In this document: positions 28,653 through 39,200 of the stretch, piece by piece | Layout: every line of letters begins with the position of its first letter | How positions within the stretch are numbered: position 1 is the stretch's first letter | Assembly: GCA_034520565.1 (NCBI GenBank) | Contig: JAXHNL010000002.1 | Location: 832,001 to 896,000 of the forward strand | DNA length: 64,000 nt | Direction of reading: 5' to 3' | Origin: Halodesulfurarchaeum sp. | GTDB lineage: Archaea; Halobacteriota; Halobacteria; Halobacteriales; Halobacteriaceae | The notes under the pieces: model-generated | What the model was told of the DNA's origin: nothing | Databases searched by the model: none | The model's input: the letters and a program-made list of their open reading frames with translations, nothing else | Made by a program: the position numbers and the translations under genes

Positions 28653-29126
28653 ATGACGAATTTCGATCCCGGGGGCTTTCTCATCCTGCTGACGGTGATT
28701 CCGACCGTCATCGCGGGCGCCACCTCCATCGGGGTGGCCCACCTGACGGCGAGGCTCGGGTACGGGGACTACGACCGGAACGTCGTGCTCCTGCTGGTGC
28801 TCATGGTTTCGGTCTGGATCCTGGCGGCACTCCTGGTCACGACGAGTATGCTGGTGATTCTTTCCGTCGTCCTCGCGATGGCCGGGGCGTATGCGGCCAC
28901 GCGGAACGTCACGAGCGCCTCGTATGGATGGGTGCTGGGGGTCCTGCTGCTCTCCGTCGCGTTTGCCCTCTTGAGCGCGGTCTGGGTGTACCAGGGCGTC
29001 GATCAGCTGGGCCGCCCGCAGGGGCTTCTTTCTCGGCACGTCTCTCTCTTCTACGCTGTTGGGTTGGTCGGCTTCGGGGCCCTTGGTGGGACAGTGGTGG
29101 AGTTGGTCGGGCGGCAGTTGGGCTAA
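28653..29126 (+). CDS. Hypothetical membrane protein
   Basis: 157-aa ORF with about 5 hydrophobic helices. Confidence 0.7.
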   Translation: MTNFDPGGFLILLTVIPTVIAGATSIGVAHLTARLGYGDYDRNVVLLLVLMVSVWILAALLVTTSMLVILSVVLAMAGAYAATRNVTSASYGWVLGVLLLSVAFALLSAVWVYQGVDQLGRPQGLLSRHVSLFYAVGLVGFGALGGTVVELVGRQLG

Positions 29127-29380
29127 CTGCGGTCCGAGAAATTTCCGGCCGAATCCACCCACCAGTGTCTCGTCATTGCTGGGGGCTTTCTCCCATTCGA
29201 GACGATTTCCGTTCCCATTAATCCAGCGAACCCTGTTGTACGCTCTTCGTGACAGTGCTTCCAATCCGGTGCTGTATAGGGCGTGTACCGGCCAGAACCG
29301 GCTCCAGAATGAATAGCCAGGTTCAATCAAAACAGGTGAACAACCGAAGGCTTATTCTCCCGTTTCCACGTATTGTGGGT

Positions 29381-29641
29381 ATGGCGAGTGCAACGCGCGA
29401 GGAATCTCCCGAGGAAGGGGTGGAATTCATCCACGAAGCGGATGGGAGTATTACAGCCCGTGACCTCGAAACCGGCGTTGCCTCGTTTGGAGAGACGAAG
29501 ACAAAGGCACTTCGTATGCTTGCGGAGGCGCTGGAATTGCACGAGGGTGCCGGAGAACCAGTTACTGATGAAGATTTAGCAGAGTGGGGGCTTGCGGACA
29601 GGGAGCCCGGCGAGAAGGAGCTTCCCGAGTTCATGCGGTAG
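29381..29641 (+). CDS. hicB: HicB-family antitoxin
   Basis: ITARDLETGVASFGETKTKALRMLAEALELH fits the HicB fold; adjacent to hicA. Confidence 0.85.
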   Translation: MASATREESPEEGVEFIHEADGSITARDLETGVASFGETKTKALRMLAEALELHEGAGEPVTDEDLAEWGLADREPGEKELPEFMR

Positions 29642-29893
29642 ATGGTTCGGACGAATTTTTCAGGGCGTGAAATCGCATCTGTGTTACTTGACCACGGGTT
29701 CGTCCGGACAGGCCGCGTTGGGAGCCATTTAAAACTCCGATATGAGTCACCAGACACGGAGGAGGTGCGGGTCGTGACAGTACCGATGAAATCGGCGGAT
29801 GACATCCCAACCGGGACACTTCAGTCAATCGCCGAACAAAGCGGGGCAACCGATTTCCACGCGTGGTGTCGGTGGATAGATCAGAACCTGTAA
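29642..29893 (+). CDS. hicA: HicA-family toxin (mRNA interferase)
   Basis: FSGREI…GF…GSH…VTVP…GTLQSI. Confidence 0.88.
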   Translation: MVRTNFSGREIASVLLDHGFVRTGRVGSHLKLRYESPDTEEVRVVTVPMKSADDIPTGTLQSIAEQSGATDFHAWCRWIDQNL

Positions 29894-30146
29894 CGTTCAA
29901 TTCGAACGGTCCTTCCCACAGCCCATTCTGGAATCCCCTGTGGAAAATATCGCGGTTTCCATGCTGCATACGATCCCTGTATTTCGCACCCGGATGAGAT
30001 CACCTACCCGTTAGTTTTCGACTCACCACGAAACCAGTTATCCGGCTCGGTCCGAACGGGAGTGCCTTCACGCAAAGCGTTCCCGAAACCTGTTTATCAA
30101 GACTCACTCACTACACGACACCAGCTCGAAGAAGCGACTCGAGCGG

Positions 30147-30974
30147 TCAGGCCCCCTCCTCTTCCTCCCGCAACTCCTCGAGTTCGGCCTCGACCTCCGA
30201 TTCGTCGACCTGAGCTTCGAGTTCCTTCTTGACCTCTTCGGCCTCCGCTTCCTCGGGGGTTGCCGGCTCCGCCTCACCTTCTCCCTCGGTCTCCCGCAAC
30301 GTCTCCAGCTCGGCCTCGAGTTCCCGCTCCTCCCGGCCCGCCTCGAGTTCGCGGTCGATCTGGTCCTGGTCGGAGATGGCACTGTCGAGCACGCCCCGTT
30401 CCTCGAGTTCGTCGAGGGCGGCGGCCCGAGCCTCCATCTCCTCGGTCTTCTCGGTTGCCTGCTCGATCGAGCGGTTGACGTCCTCCATCTCGTCCCCGAC
30501 GCCCGCGATGGCCTCCGAGACACGGGTTTGGGCCTCGGCGGCCTCGTAGCGGGCCTTCACGGTCTCCTTTTTCGTCTTGAATTCCTCTATCTGCCGCTTG
30601 AGGTCGGCCTTCTTCTCCTCGAGTGAGGACTGGGTCGATTCGAGTTCGTGGACCTGAGTCGAGAGGTCCTCGACCTGAGACTGTTTGGCCTGTTTCTTCT
30701 CGAGGGCCCGCTTTGCCAGATCCTCGCGGTCCTGGGCCATCGCCTCCCGGGCCTGCTCGTTGTGCTTCTCGATGTTCTCCTCCAGGCGGTCCCGCTGGAC
30801 TTCGAGGCGCTTTTTCTGGGCGGTGATGTCGGCGATGCCCTTCTCGACGTCGGTGAGTTCGTCCCGCATCTGCTGGTAGGAGTAATCCAGGGTTTCCTTC
30901 GGGTCCTCGGCCCGGCCGATGAGCGCGTTGAGCTTCGACCGGATCAGGAAGGACAGGCGTGAGAGCAATCCCAT
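30147..30974 (-). CDS. pspA: PspA/IM30 family protein
   Basis: MGLLSRLS…AEDPKETLD, long coiled coil, REDLAKRAL, EARAAALDEL. Confidence 0.9.
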   Translation of the reverse strand: MGLLSRLSFLIRSKLNALIGRAEDPKETLDYSYQQMRDELTDVEKGIADITAQKKRLEVQRDRLEENIEKHNEQAREAMAQDREDLAKRALEKKQAKQSQVEDLSTQVHELESTQSSLEEKKADLKRQIEEFKTKKETVKARYEAAEAQTRVSEAIAGVGDEMEDVNRSIEQATEKTEEMEARAAALDELEERGVLDSAISDQDQIDRELEAGREERELEAELETLRETEGEGEAEPATPEEAEAEEVKKELEAQVDESEVEAELEELREEEEGA

Positions 30975-31097
30975 GGGCCCCGATTATGTCTCCATCGTTA
31001 AAACGTCTCTCTCCAACCCGGCGGGTCGACGGAGCCAAAAGCGCCGGGTCGGCACCTCGTCCGAAATGGTTTTTGCCGCCGGCACCGCACGGTCAGT

Positions 31098-32735
31098 ATG
31101 CCGACAGAGACCGGATACGACCCCTCGCTGGGGAACAAGTTCATTTTCGTGACAGGCGGGGTGATGTCGGGGCTCGGAAAGGGAATCACGGCGGCCAGTC
31201 TGGGCCGCCTGCTGGAGAACGCCGGCTTCGACGTAACGGCGGTCAAGATCGACCCCTATCTCAACGTCGACGCGGGCACGATGAACCCCTACCAGCACGG
31301 GGAGGTCTACGTCCTCAAGGATGGCGGCGAGGTCGACCTCGATCTGGGGAACTACGAGCGCTTCCTCGACATCGACATGACCTTCGATCACAACGTCACC
31401 TCGGGGAAGGTCTACCAGCACGTCATCGAGCGCGAGCGGGCGGGTGACTATCTCGGGAAGACCGTCCAGATCATCCCCCATCTCACCGACGACATCAAGC
31501 GGCGCATCCGCGAGGCCGCCGAAGGCCACGACGTCTGTCTCGTCGAGGTCGGCGGGACGGTGGGTGACATCGAGGGGATGCCGTTTCTCGAGGCCCTCCG
31601 GCAGTTCGTCGACGAGGAACCCGACGAGAACGCCCTCCTCACCCACGTGACTCTCGTTCCCTACGCCCCGAACGGCGAACAGAAGACCAAGCCGACCCAG
31701 CACAGCGTGAAGGAACTCCGCTCGATCGGCCTGCGACCGGACATCATCGTCGGTCGGTGTGATGACCCACTGGAGGAGGAAGTCCGGGAGAAGATCGCGC
31801 TGTTCGGTGACGTTCCCACCCGGGCGGTCTTCTCGAATTACGACGTGCCGGACGTCTACGAGGTCCCGCTCCTCCTTGAGGAGGAGGGAATGGACGAATA
31901 CGTGATGGACAAACTGGACCTCACAGAGCGGGCGATCCCCCGAGCCCATCGCAGTACCGAGTGGCGCGACCTGGTAACCCAGGAGACCGACAGGGTACTC
32001 GACATCGCCCTCGTCGGAAAGTACGACCTGCGGGACGCCTACATGTCGGTCCGGGAGGCACTGAAACACGCCGGACTCGACCAGGGTGTCGACGTGAACG
32101 TCGAATGGGTCGAAGCCGACCGGATGGACGACGGCGACGAAACCCGCCTCGCATCGGCGGACGGAATCGTGGTCCCCGGCGGCTTCGGGAGTCGGGGCGT
32201 GGATGGAAAGATGGATGCGATCACCTACGCCCGCGAGAACGACGTCCCGTACCTGGGTCTCTGCTTTGGCTTCCAGCTCGCGGTCATCGAGTACGCCCGC
32301 AACGTGCTCGGGCTGGGGGATGCCCATTCGACGGAGATCGACGAGTCGACACCGCACCCGGTTATCGACCTGCTCCCGGACCAGTACGATCTCGAAGATT
32401 TGGGTGGCACGATGCGGTTGGGCGCCAGGGAGACCCAGATCGAATCGGGGACCCTCGCACACGAGATCTACGACGACGACACCTGTACCGAACGCCACCG
32501 GCACCGCTACGAGGTCAACCCCGAGTACATCGAAAAGTTGACCGAGGGCAAGTTGCGGTTCTCCGGGGAAGCCGGCAATCGGATGGAGATCCTCGAACTC
32601 GACGATCACCCCTTCTTCCTCGGGACGCAGTTCCACCCCGAGTTCCGCTCGCGACCGACCCGGGCGAGCCCACCCTTCGTCGGGTTCCTCGAGGCGATTC
32701 TCGAACGAACGTCCCCGACCCGGGAGGTGGCCTGA
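31098..32735 (+). CDS. pyrG: CTP synthase
   Basis: [40 protein letters not shown]. Confidence 0.97.
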   Translation: MPTETGYDPSLGNKFIFVTGGVMSGLGKGITAASLGRLLENAGFDVTAVKIDPYLNVDAGTMNPYQHGEVYVLKDGGEVDLDLGNYERFLDIDMTFDHNVTSGKVYQHVIERERAGDYLGKTVQIIPHLTDDIKRRIREAAEGHDVCLVEVGGTVGDIEGMPFLEALRQFVDEEPDENALLTHVTLVPYAPNGEQKTKPTQHSVKELRSIGLRPDIIVGRCDDPLEEEVREKIALFGDVPTRAVFSNYDVPDVYEVPLLLEEEGMDEYVMDKLDLTERAIPRAHRSTEWRDLVTQETDRVLDIALVGKYDLRDAYMSVREALKHAGLDQGVDVNVEWVEADRMDDGDETRLASADGIVVPGGFGSRGVDGKMDAITYARENDVPYLGLCFGFQLAVIEYARNVLGLGDAHSTEIDESTPHPVIDLLPDQYDLEDLGGTMRLGARETQIESGTLAHEIYDDDTCTERHRHRYEVNPEYIEKLTEGKLRFSGEAGNRMEILELDDHPFFLGTQFHPEFRSRPTRASPPFVGFLEAILERTSPTREVA

Positions 32736-32736
32736 C

Positions 32737-33654
32737 ATGGTCGACGTCGAGTCGTTCATCGAGGAAGCCAAGGCCGAGATCGAGAGCGAAATCGGGGACG
32801 AGACGGCCATCATCGCTCTGTCCGGGGGGGTCGACTCCTCGACAGCGGCCGCTCTCGCCTACGAGGCCGTCGGCGAGCAACTCATCCCAGTCTACGTCGA
32901 CACGGGGCTCATGCGAAAGGGCGAGACTGCGGGAGTCAGAGAGACCTTTTCCCACATGGAGTCCCTCCGCATCGTCGAGGCCCAAGAGCGGTTCCTCACG
33001 TCCCTCGCGGGCGTGACCGATCCCGAGGAGAAACGCCACGCCATCGGCGAGCAGTTCATCCGGGAGTTCGAGACCGTCGCCCGCGAGGTCGACGCCTCGA
33101 TGCTCGTCCAGGGAACGATCTACCCCGACCGGATCGAGAGCGAGGGCACGATCAAGTCCCACCACAACGTCGGCGGGCTCCCCGATGTCGTCGATTTCGA
33201 CGGGATCGTCGAACCGATGCGGGACCTCTACAAGGACGAAGTCAGGGAAGTCGCCCGCGAACTCGACCTCGAGGAGGTCGTCTCCGAGCGGATGCCGTTC
33301 CCGGGGCCCGGTCTGGCCGTGCGGATCCTCGGGGAGGTCACCGAGGAGAAACTCCACGTCGCCCGGGAGGCGACCGCGGTGGTGGAGGACGAACTCGAGG
33401 CGTACGACCCGTGGCAGGCCTTCGCGGCGGTGCTGGGCAAAGCGACGGGGGTCAAGGGCGACAACCGGGTCCACGGCTGGATCGTGGCCGTCCGCTCGGT
33501 CGAGAGCCGTGACGGGATGACCGCCCGCGCCCAGCCCCTCGACTGGGACGTTCTCCAGCGGATCCAGAGCCGGATCACCGGCCAGCTCGACTCGGTCTCC
33601 CGGGTCGTCTACGACGTCACCCACAAACCACCGGCGACGATCGAGTACGAATAA
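32737..33654 (+). CDS. guaAb: GMP synthase subunit B (ATP pyrophosphatase)
   Basis: SGGVDS PP-loop, [25 protein letters not shown]. Confidence 0.95.
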   Translation: MVDVESFIEEAKAEIESEIGDETAIIALSGGVDSSTAAALAYEAVGEQLIPVYVDTGLMRKGETAGVRETFSHMESLRIVEAQERFLTSLAGVTDPEEKRHAIGEQFIREFETVAREVDASMLVQGTIYPDRIESEGTIKSHHNVGGLPDVVDFDGIVEPMRDLYKDEVREVARELDLEEVVSERMPFPGPGLAVRILGEVTEEKLHVAREATAVVEDELEAYDPWQAFAAVLGKATGVKGDNRVHGWIVAVRSVESRDGMTARAQPLDWDVLQRIQSRITGQLDSVSRVVYDVTHKPPATIEYE

Positions 33655-33656
33655 CC

Positions 33657-33989
33657 ATGACACGTGCACTCATCGTCGGCCCCGATCGAGGGCTCGACGC
33701 GGTTCTCACAGCAAACGACGTGGAAACGACCCAGGTCCCAACCCCCGTCACGGAGACGGATCTCGACGAGGCGGGGCTCGCTGAGGCGGCACTGCTGTTC
33801 GTTACCGACCCCGGAGAGGCGACGGCGATACCCGTCGCGAAACGGCTCCAGCCGGGATTGCGGATCGTCTGGTACGCCCCGGATTCGGTCCCGGAGTTCG
33901 TCACGCGCCAGCTCGATCTGGGCGTGGACCCGTCCCTGATCGAACCCGAGATCCTGATCGAAGAACAGTTGCTTGCACTCGGCGCCTGA
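33657..33989 (+). CDS. Conserved haloarchaeal protein of the pyrG-guaAb operon (receiver-like fold)
   Basis: 110-aa ORF 2 nt after guaAb; EATAIPVAK…SVPEF…DL motif. Confidence 0.75.
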   Translation: MTRALIVGPDRGLDAVLTANDVETTQVPTPVTETDLDEAGLAEAALLFVTDPGEATAIPVAKRLQPGLRIVWYAPDSVPEFVTRQLDLGVDPSLIEPEILIEEQLLALGA

Positions 33990-34032
33990 ATCTACCCGAT
34001 CCGTAGCCAGTCGGTACTCCTCCCCGCCTTCT

Positions 34033-34671
34033 TTAGGCCGATTCGGCCTCGTCCAGCTCCTCGCCAGGATACACCCGGAAGGTGCGGCCCTGCTTTTCCT
34101 TGTAGACCAATCCGCGTTTCTCGAGTTCGGAGAGCGTCTGGCTGACCTTGCTCTTCGAGAAGTCGGAGCGATCGCGGATCTCGATCTGGGTGACGCCCGG
34201 AGAATCGATCACCGGTTCGAGCACCCGCCGCTCGTCATCGGGGAGATAGCGGAGGAGTTCCCGCTCGGGGACCGGATCCGAACCTCGATTCGCCGATTCC
34301 GCCCCTTCGGTTGCTGGTGCTCCCGGGCTCTCGACTGGCCCGGTTTCCGGCCGTGAGTCCGCGGTTTCGCCCATCGGTCCGGCGGCGGGGACCCCGTTCG
34401 ATGCCCGTGTTGCTGACTCGGCCGGCCTCGCTATCTGATCGCGGACGACCAGATACCCGCCGGCGATCACGACGGCGAGGATCACCCCGCCGAGGAGGTA
34501 GACCAACGGGTCGGTGCCGTAGGTTCCCATCGACCCGTCCATCATCGATCCCATCGTGCCGTCCATCATTGTCGAGGGTTGCTGGGCGGCCTGGAAGCTC
34601 CAGACCGCGCCGAGCAGGAGGACGAGCCCAGCGATCCCCGCGACGAGCAGGTCGGCCATGCGGCGGTTCAT
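34033..34671 (-). CDS. Membrane-anchored winged-HTH transcription regulator with Met-rich loop
   Basis: Two TM helices flanking MMDGTMGSMMDGSMG; C-terminal LPDDERRVL…TQIEIRDRSDFSKSKVSQTLSELEKRGLV. Confidence 0.85.
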   Translation of the reverse strand: MNRRMADLLVAGIAGLVLLLGAVWSFQAAQQPSTMMDGTMGSMMDGSMGTYGTDPLVYLLGGVILAVVIAGGYLVVRDQIARPAESATRASNGVPAAGPMGETADSRPETGPVESPGAPATEGAESANRGSDPVPERELLRYLPDDERRVLEPVIDSPGVTQIEIRDRSDFSKSKVSQTLSELEKRGLVYKEKQGRTFRVYPGEELDEAESA

Positions 34672-34867
34672 GGCGGATCGGCCTTCTCGAACGTGGTTCC
34701 TGGATACCGGTCGAGTGTCATTACATCCCTGACGAAACGACCCTTTTTAGGTTGGGTGTTCCATTGTGGCGTGTCGGTCCCGATCCGGTCCCACTGCGGT
34801 GGCCGCAGTGGTCTTCGTCTCTGCCCGATCCGGTGAGCCAATAGGTTCGGGGTTCCAAGGACATCCC

Positions 34868-35725
34868 ATGAGCGAGAACGCGGCCGAACTCCCGGCAGCG
34901 ACCCGCCCGGGACGGGTGGCCATCGCCGTGGCAGACCTGTACGGCACGAGTTCCTTTTACGAGGACGTCGTCGGCCTCGACCTGTTCGAGTACACGGAGT
35001 CGAGTGGCACCCTGGGAGTCGACGGAACGCCGCTGATCGAACTGCTGGACGGGAGCGATCGCGGCCCTCGGACTGACTCACAGGCCGGCCTGTACCACGT
35101 CGCCTTCGAATACCCTTCCAGGGCGGCCCTCGGGGCGGCACTGCTCAGGACCGAGCGCTTCTACGAACTCGACGGGGCCACGGACCACGGCGTGACCCAC
35201 TCGCTGTATCTCACCGACCCGGCCGGCAACGGGATCGAACTGTACACCGTGACACCGCGGGCGGAATGGCCGCGAAACGACGCGGGCGAGGTGGTCATGG
35301 AAACAGATCCATTATCGCTGGACGCGCTGCGGGACGAGGCTGAAGCCGGGATGAATGCCCCGGAAGCCACCCGAATCGGGCACTTCCACCTCGAAGTCAC
35401 GGATCTCCAGGAATCGACCGCCTTCTACCGGGACCGGGTGGGCTTGCCGGTATCCCGCGAGATCGGGGACATGGCCCGGTTTTTCGCCACCGGGCACGCC
35501 CATCACCACCTCGGGGTGACGAACTACCTCGGACGAACCGACCCGGCGACGGGCCGGGGGGTCGACTGGATCGAATTCGTCGTCCCCGAGGAGGAAGCAA
35601 TTGAAGCCGCGAGGAACCGATTCGAGACGGTGGGATCACCCATCGTGGAGATTTCGGGCGGCATCAAAATCACGGACCCGGACGGAATCGGGGTCCAGTT
35701 GCGGTTCGAGGACGGGGACGACTAG
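34868..35725 (+). CDS. VOC family protein (CatE-like catechol 2,3-dioxygenase/glyoxalase)
   Basis: GLYHVAF, DHGVTHSLYLTDPAGNGIELY, IGHFHLEV, HHHLG, DPDG. Confidence 0.88.
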   Translation: MSENAAELPAATRPGRVAIAVADLYGTSSFYEDVVGLDLFEYTESSGTLGVDGTPLIELLDGSDRGPRTDSQAGLYHVAFEYPSRAALGAALLRTERFYELDGATDHGVTHSLYLTDPAGNGIELYTVTPRAEWPRNDAGEVVMETDPLSLDALRDEAEAGMNAPEATRIGHFHLEVTDLQESTAFYRDRVGLPVSREIGDMARFFATGHAHHHLGVTNYLGRTDPATGRGVDWIEFVVPEEEAIEAARNRFETVGSPIVEISGGIKITDPDGIGVQLRFEDGDD

Positions 35726-35757
35726 TCGGCGGACTGCTTCTCGAACGAGGCGGGTAC

Positions 35758-36360
35758 CTACTGCTCCGATTCGTGGCGGGACAGACCCGCCAGATGACCG
35801 ATTTCGGGGAGGATCAACGAGTCCATCGCGAGGGAAACCGCGTCGAGGCTGCCCGGGACGACGAAGACCGGGACGCCGTTTGCGATCCCCGCCGTGGCCC
35901 GGGACGCGATCGCCTTCGAACCGATCTCCTCGGCGGATTTGCGCCGGAAGAGTTCCCCGAAACCCGGCAGGCGCTTCTCGAAGAGCGGTGCCACCGCCTC
36001 GACGGTTACGTCGTCCGGGGTGACGCCGGTTCCGCCGGTCGAGACCAGCACGTCGACGTCGCGTCGATCGATCAGCTGGTTTGCGGTCCCCTGGATCCGA
36101 TCGAGATCGTCTCTCACCAGTTCGCGGGTTACGACCCGGTGACCGTCCGCTTCGAAGGCGTCTCTGATGGCATCCCCACTGGGGTCGTCGTCGAGGGACC
36201 GCGAAGAGGAGACCGTCAGGACGGCGGCCCCGACCGATTCCAGGTCCGGGGCGTGGTGATCGTGGTCGTGTTCCGGTTCCGGTTCGTCCTCGGTCGGTTC
36301 GGGCGCCGCCGAGTCGTCCCGCTCGTCCCGGGACGTGTCCCGCCGCTGAAAGTCGACCAT
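35758..36360 (-). CDS. moaB: Molybdopterin adenylyltransferase MoaB/MogA
   Basis: TVSSSR…DPSG, TGGTGVTPDDVTVEA, PGFGELFR, SRATAG. Confidence 0.92.
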   Translation of the reverse strand: MVDFQRRDTSRDERDDSAAPEPTEDEPEPEHDHDHHAPDLESVGAAVLTVSSSRSLDDDPSGDAIRDAFEADGHRVVTRELVRDDLDRIQGTANQLIDRRDVDVLVSTGGTGVTPDDVTVEAVAPLFEKRLPGFGELFRRKSAEEIGSKAIASRATAGIANGVPVFVVPGSLDAVSLAMDSLILPEIGHLAGLSRHESEQ

Positions 36361-36383
36361 AGGCGGACTTTGCCCCCGGCGCC

Positions 36384-36815
36384 CTAAGTGCTATCGGCGC
36401 CGTGTGGGGACTCGATCGTTTCGAGCGGGATCGATCGAAACGTCTCGCCCGTGAACCACCAGGCGCCCAGTACCGGTTCGCGATCGGCGAGCGAGGCGAT
36501 CAAGACGGCGGAGTTCGCCCAGCCGGCCCCGTCCCGATCGGTCTCGCTCGGAGCCGACGGCCCGACTGGATGGGAGTGGTAAAAGCCCAACAGTGAGAGC
36601 CCAGCCGCTTCGAACGACTCGTGGCCTTCGAGCAGCGCCTCGGGGTCGATTTCGAATCGACGTGTCGGATTGTCGGCGACGTTCGGCGTCCGAATCGAAC
36701 CGAGAACGACCGGCGGATCCCCGTCCCGCCCCCCGAGGAGTCCGCAGGCCTCTTTCGGGTCGGCTTCGCGCGCGTGTTCGAGAATCGAATCCCGGACGGA
36801 CTCGGAGAGTTTCAT
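36384..36815 (-). CDS. JAMM/MPN+ metalloprotease (desampylase-like)
   Basis: EACGLLGG…GFYHSHP…PSETD JAMM motif. Confidence 0.88.
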   Translation of the reverse strand: MKLSESVRDSILEHAREADPKEACGLLGGRDGDPPVVLGSIRTPNVADNPTRRFEIDPEALLEGHESFEAAGLSLLGFYHSHPVGPSAPSETDRDGAGWANSAVLIASLADREPVLGAWWFTGETFRSIPLETIESPHGADST

Positions 36816-36861
36816 GCAGGTCGGCTTTCGGCTGTTCCACCCATTCACCTCCGTCCCTGGA

Positions 36862-37455
36862 TCACACCGATTCGCTCCAGTCCTCCCCCAGGTCCCGGCG
36901 CATCGCGACGTCGAACCAGGGGCAGGTCCGGAGCTGTCGGTAGTTCCGGGGGTTCTCCCAGAGGTCATCGTAGTCGACCCAGAGGGCCCCGCCGACCTCG
37001 TTCGGGTCGGTGTCGAGATCGGTGTCCGTCACCGTCGCCTTGAGGACCGCACAGACCTCCCACTCGACCCCCTCGTCGAGGTAGTGGCGCTTGTACTCGA
37101 ACCGGTCGGTGATCCGGAGGTCCTCGTACTGGTCCGGGGTGATGCCCAGTTCCTCCTCGAGGCGTTCCTCGGTGGCCTCGATCTGGGTCTGGCCCTCCGC
37201 GGGATGGGACGCGACGGTGCCGTCCCAGTGGGTGTCCCAGAGGCGCTTCTCGCGGGCCCGCTGGGCGAGCAGGACGCGTCCCTTCTCGTCGAAGAGCATA
37301 CAGGTGAATGCGCGATGGCGGATGCCGTCCCCGGTGTGGGCGTCGATGCGGTCGACCACGCCCTGCGGGTTGTCCTCGGCGTCGACCGCGATCACCGCCT
37401 CGCCGCCGGAGCGCTCCGACAGCGCACTGTCGCCCGCGTCGTTGGAGAGAGTCAT
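36862..37455 (-). CDS. idi: Isopentenyl-diphosphate delta-isomerase type 1 (NUDIX)
   Basis: AH…HRAF, LLAQRA…K…W…ASHP, RLEEELG, EWEVC. Confidence 0.88.
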   Translation of the reverse strand: MTLSNDAGDSALSERSGGEAVIAVDAEDNPQGVVDRIDAHTGDGIRHRAFTCMLFDEKGRVLLAQRAREKRLWDTHWDGTVASHPAEGQTQIEATEERLEEELGITPDQYEDLRITDRFEYKRHYLDEGVEWEVCAVLKATVTDTDLDTDPNEVGGALWVDYDDLWENPRNYRQLRTCPWFDVAMRRDLGEDWSESV

Positions 37456-37522
37456 GGAGATGGCAACGGCGAGGACGGTTTTGTACCCACCGGTCTGGCC
37501 CGTGAACCGATCGGAACGGCCA

Positions 37523-37936
37523 CTACCCCCGGGTTTCCTCGAGAATGAGTCGCGTTTTCGTCGAGCGAACCTCCTCCTGCTCGCGGGTGCGGGTGATGAG
37601 TTCGTTGACCCGCTCGGTGTCCATCGCGTCGACGACGAGCACCACGTCCTCCTCGCCGGAGACCTGCCAGACGAAATCCACCTCGTGCCACTCGGCCATG
37701 CGGTCGGCGACCTCGTGGGTGTCGACGTCGACGCCGACGCCGACCTCGATCATCGCCTTGACGTTCCCCGTGCGGGTCGCGACGGTGAACCGCTCGATGA
37801 TCCCGTCCTCGACGAGTCGATCGACGCGGTTGCGGACCGTCCCCTCCGAGACGTCGAGGGCGTCGGCGATCTCGGTGTAGGGGGTTCGGGAGTCCTCCCG
37901 GAGCAGCGCCAGGATGTCCCGGTCGAGATCGTCCAT
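37523..37936 (-). CDS. Lrp/AsnC family transcription regulator
   Basis: MDDLDRDIL…DSRTPYTEIA…VSEGTVRNRV, VSGEED; divergent from carA. Confidence 0.92.
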   Translation of the reverse strand: MDDLDRDILALLREDSRTPYTEIADALDVSEGTVRNRVDRLVEDGIIERFTVATRTGNVKAMIEVGVGVDVDTHEVADRMAEWHEVDFVWQVSGEEDVVLVVDAMDTERVNELITRTREQEEVRSTKTRLILEETRG

Positions 37937-37968
37937 GTCAGTCGGTGTGGTGGCCCGACGAAAACTGT

Positions 37969-37995
37969 TTCGAATTTCGTAATTCAACTACGAAA
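37969..37995 (+). promoter_or_regulatory. Putative operator upstream of carA (TTTCGTA-N7-TACGAAA)
   Basis: Perfect 7-bp inverted repeat just upstream of TATA-like TTATATTT (38003-38010); near-copy upstream of carB. Confidence 0.65.
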
Positions 37996-38032
37996 GCAAG
38001 CCTTATATTTCGTCCAACGTTTGAATCTCGTA

Positions 38033-39106
38033 ATGTCGGACGCCTACATCGCCCTGGAGACCGGCGAGGTCGTCGAGGGTCGCACCCGGGCTCCCGGGGA
38101 GACCCACGGCGAACTCGTCTTCACCACGCCGTACACCGGCTACGAGGAGAGCCTGACCGACCCGTCCTACGAGGAGCAGGTGCTGACCTTCGCCTACCCG
38201 CTCATCGGGAACTACGGCGTCCGAGAGGAGCGATTCGAGTCCGACCGCGTCCACCCCAGCGCCGTCGTCGCCCGCGAACTCACCGACGACGTCGCCGAGT
38301 GGCTCACCGAGGAGGGCGTCCCCGCCGTCGACCACCTCGACACCCGCGACCTCGTGCTCGACATCCGCGACGGCGGCGCGATGAAGTGCGGCATCGCCGC
38401 CGGCCCCGACGCCACCCCGAGACGGCCCGCGAACAACTCGACGTCTGCCCGCACATGAGCGATATCGAGAACATCGGGGACATGGTCAGCGTCGACGAGG
38501 TCGAGGTCCACCGCGCGGACGGTGACGGCCCCGACGGTCGCGCTCGATCGACTGCGGCGCCAAGGGCTCCATCGTCGAATCGCTGGTCGAACGTGACGCG
38601 ACCGTCCACGTCCTGCCCTACGATGCGACGCCCGAAGACGTCGAGGCCATCGACCCCGACCTGCTCTTCATCTCGAACGGGCCCGGCGACCCCGCGAACT
38701 TCGACGCCGACCGGAGATCGCTCGTCGAGCGACTTCGTCGGCGAGCATCCCGATCGCCGGCATCTGTCTGGGCATGCAGATCGTCGCCAACGCCGTCGAC
38801 GGCGAGACGACGAAGATGGAGTTCGGGCATCGCGGGGTCAACCAGCCGGTTCTCGACCAGGCGAGCGGTCGGGTCGTCATGACCACGCAGAATCACGGCT
38901 ACATGGTCGCCGACGCCGGCGACCTCGAGGTGACCCAGATCAACGTCAACGACGACACGCCCGAAGGGGCCGAGTCCGCCGATCTCGACGTCATCACCCG
39001 TCAGTATCACCCGGAAGCCCATCCCGGCCCGCACGACACCCTCGACTTCTTCGACGACGTGCTCGCGATGGCCGAGGCGGGCGCCCACCCGAAAGCAACA
39101 CACTGA
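38033..39106 (+). pseudogene. carA: Carbamoyl-phosphate synthase small subunit, multiply frameshifted as sequenced (probably consensus errors)
   Basis: GELVFTTPYTGYEESLTDPSY…YPLIGNYG, SNGPGDP, GICLG, GHRGVNQPV, QNHGY, QYHPEAHPGPHD recovered across different frames; indels at about 38420-38750. Confidence 0.85.
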
Positions 39107-39200
39107 CCGGTCCGGTCGGCACTCTCACCCGTCCGGCGGTTGTGGCCTCGAACCGCGACAACCCGGTTGGCTTTATTCCTCGCGGACGGAATACCCCGCC

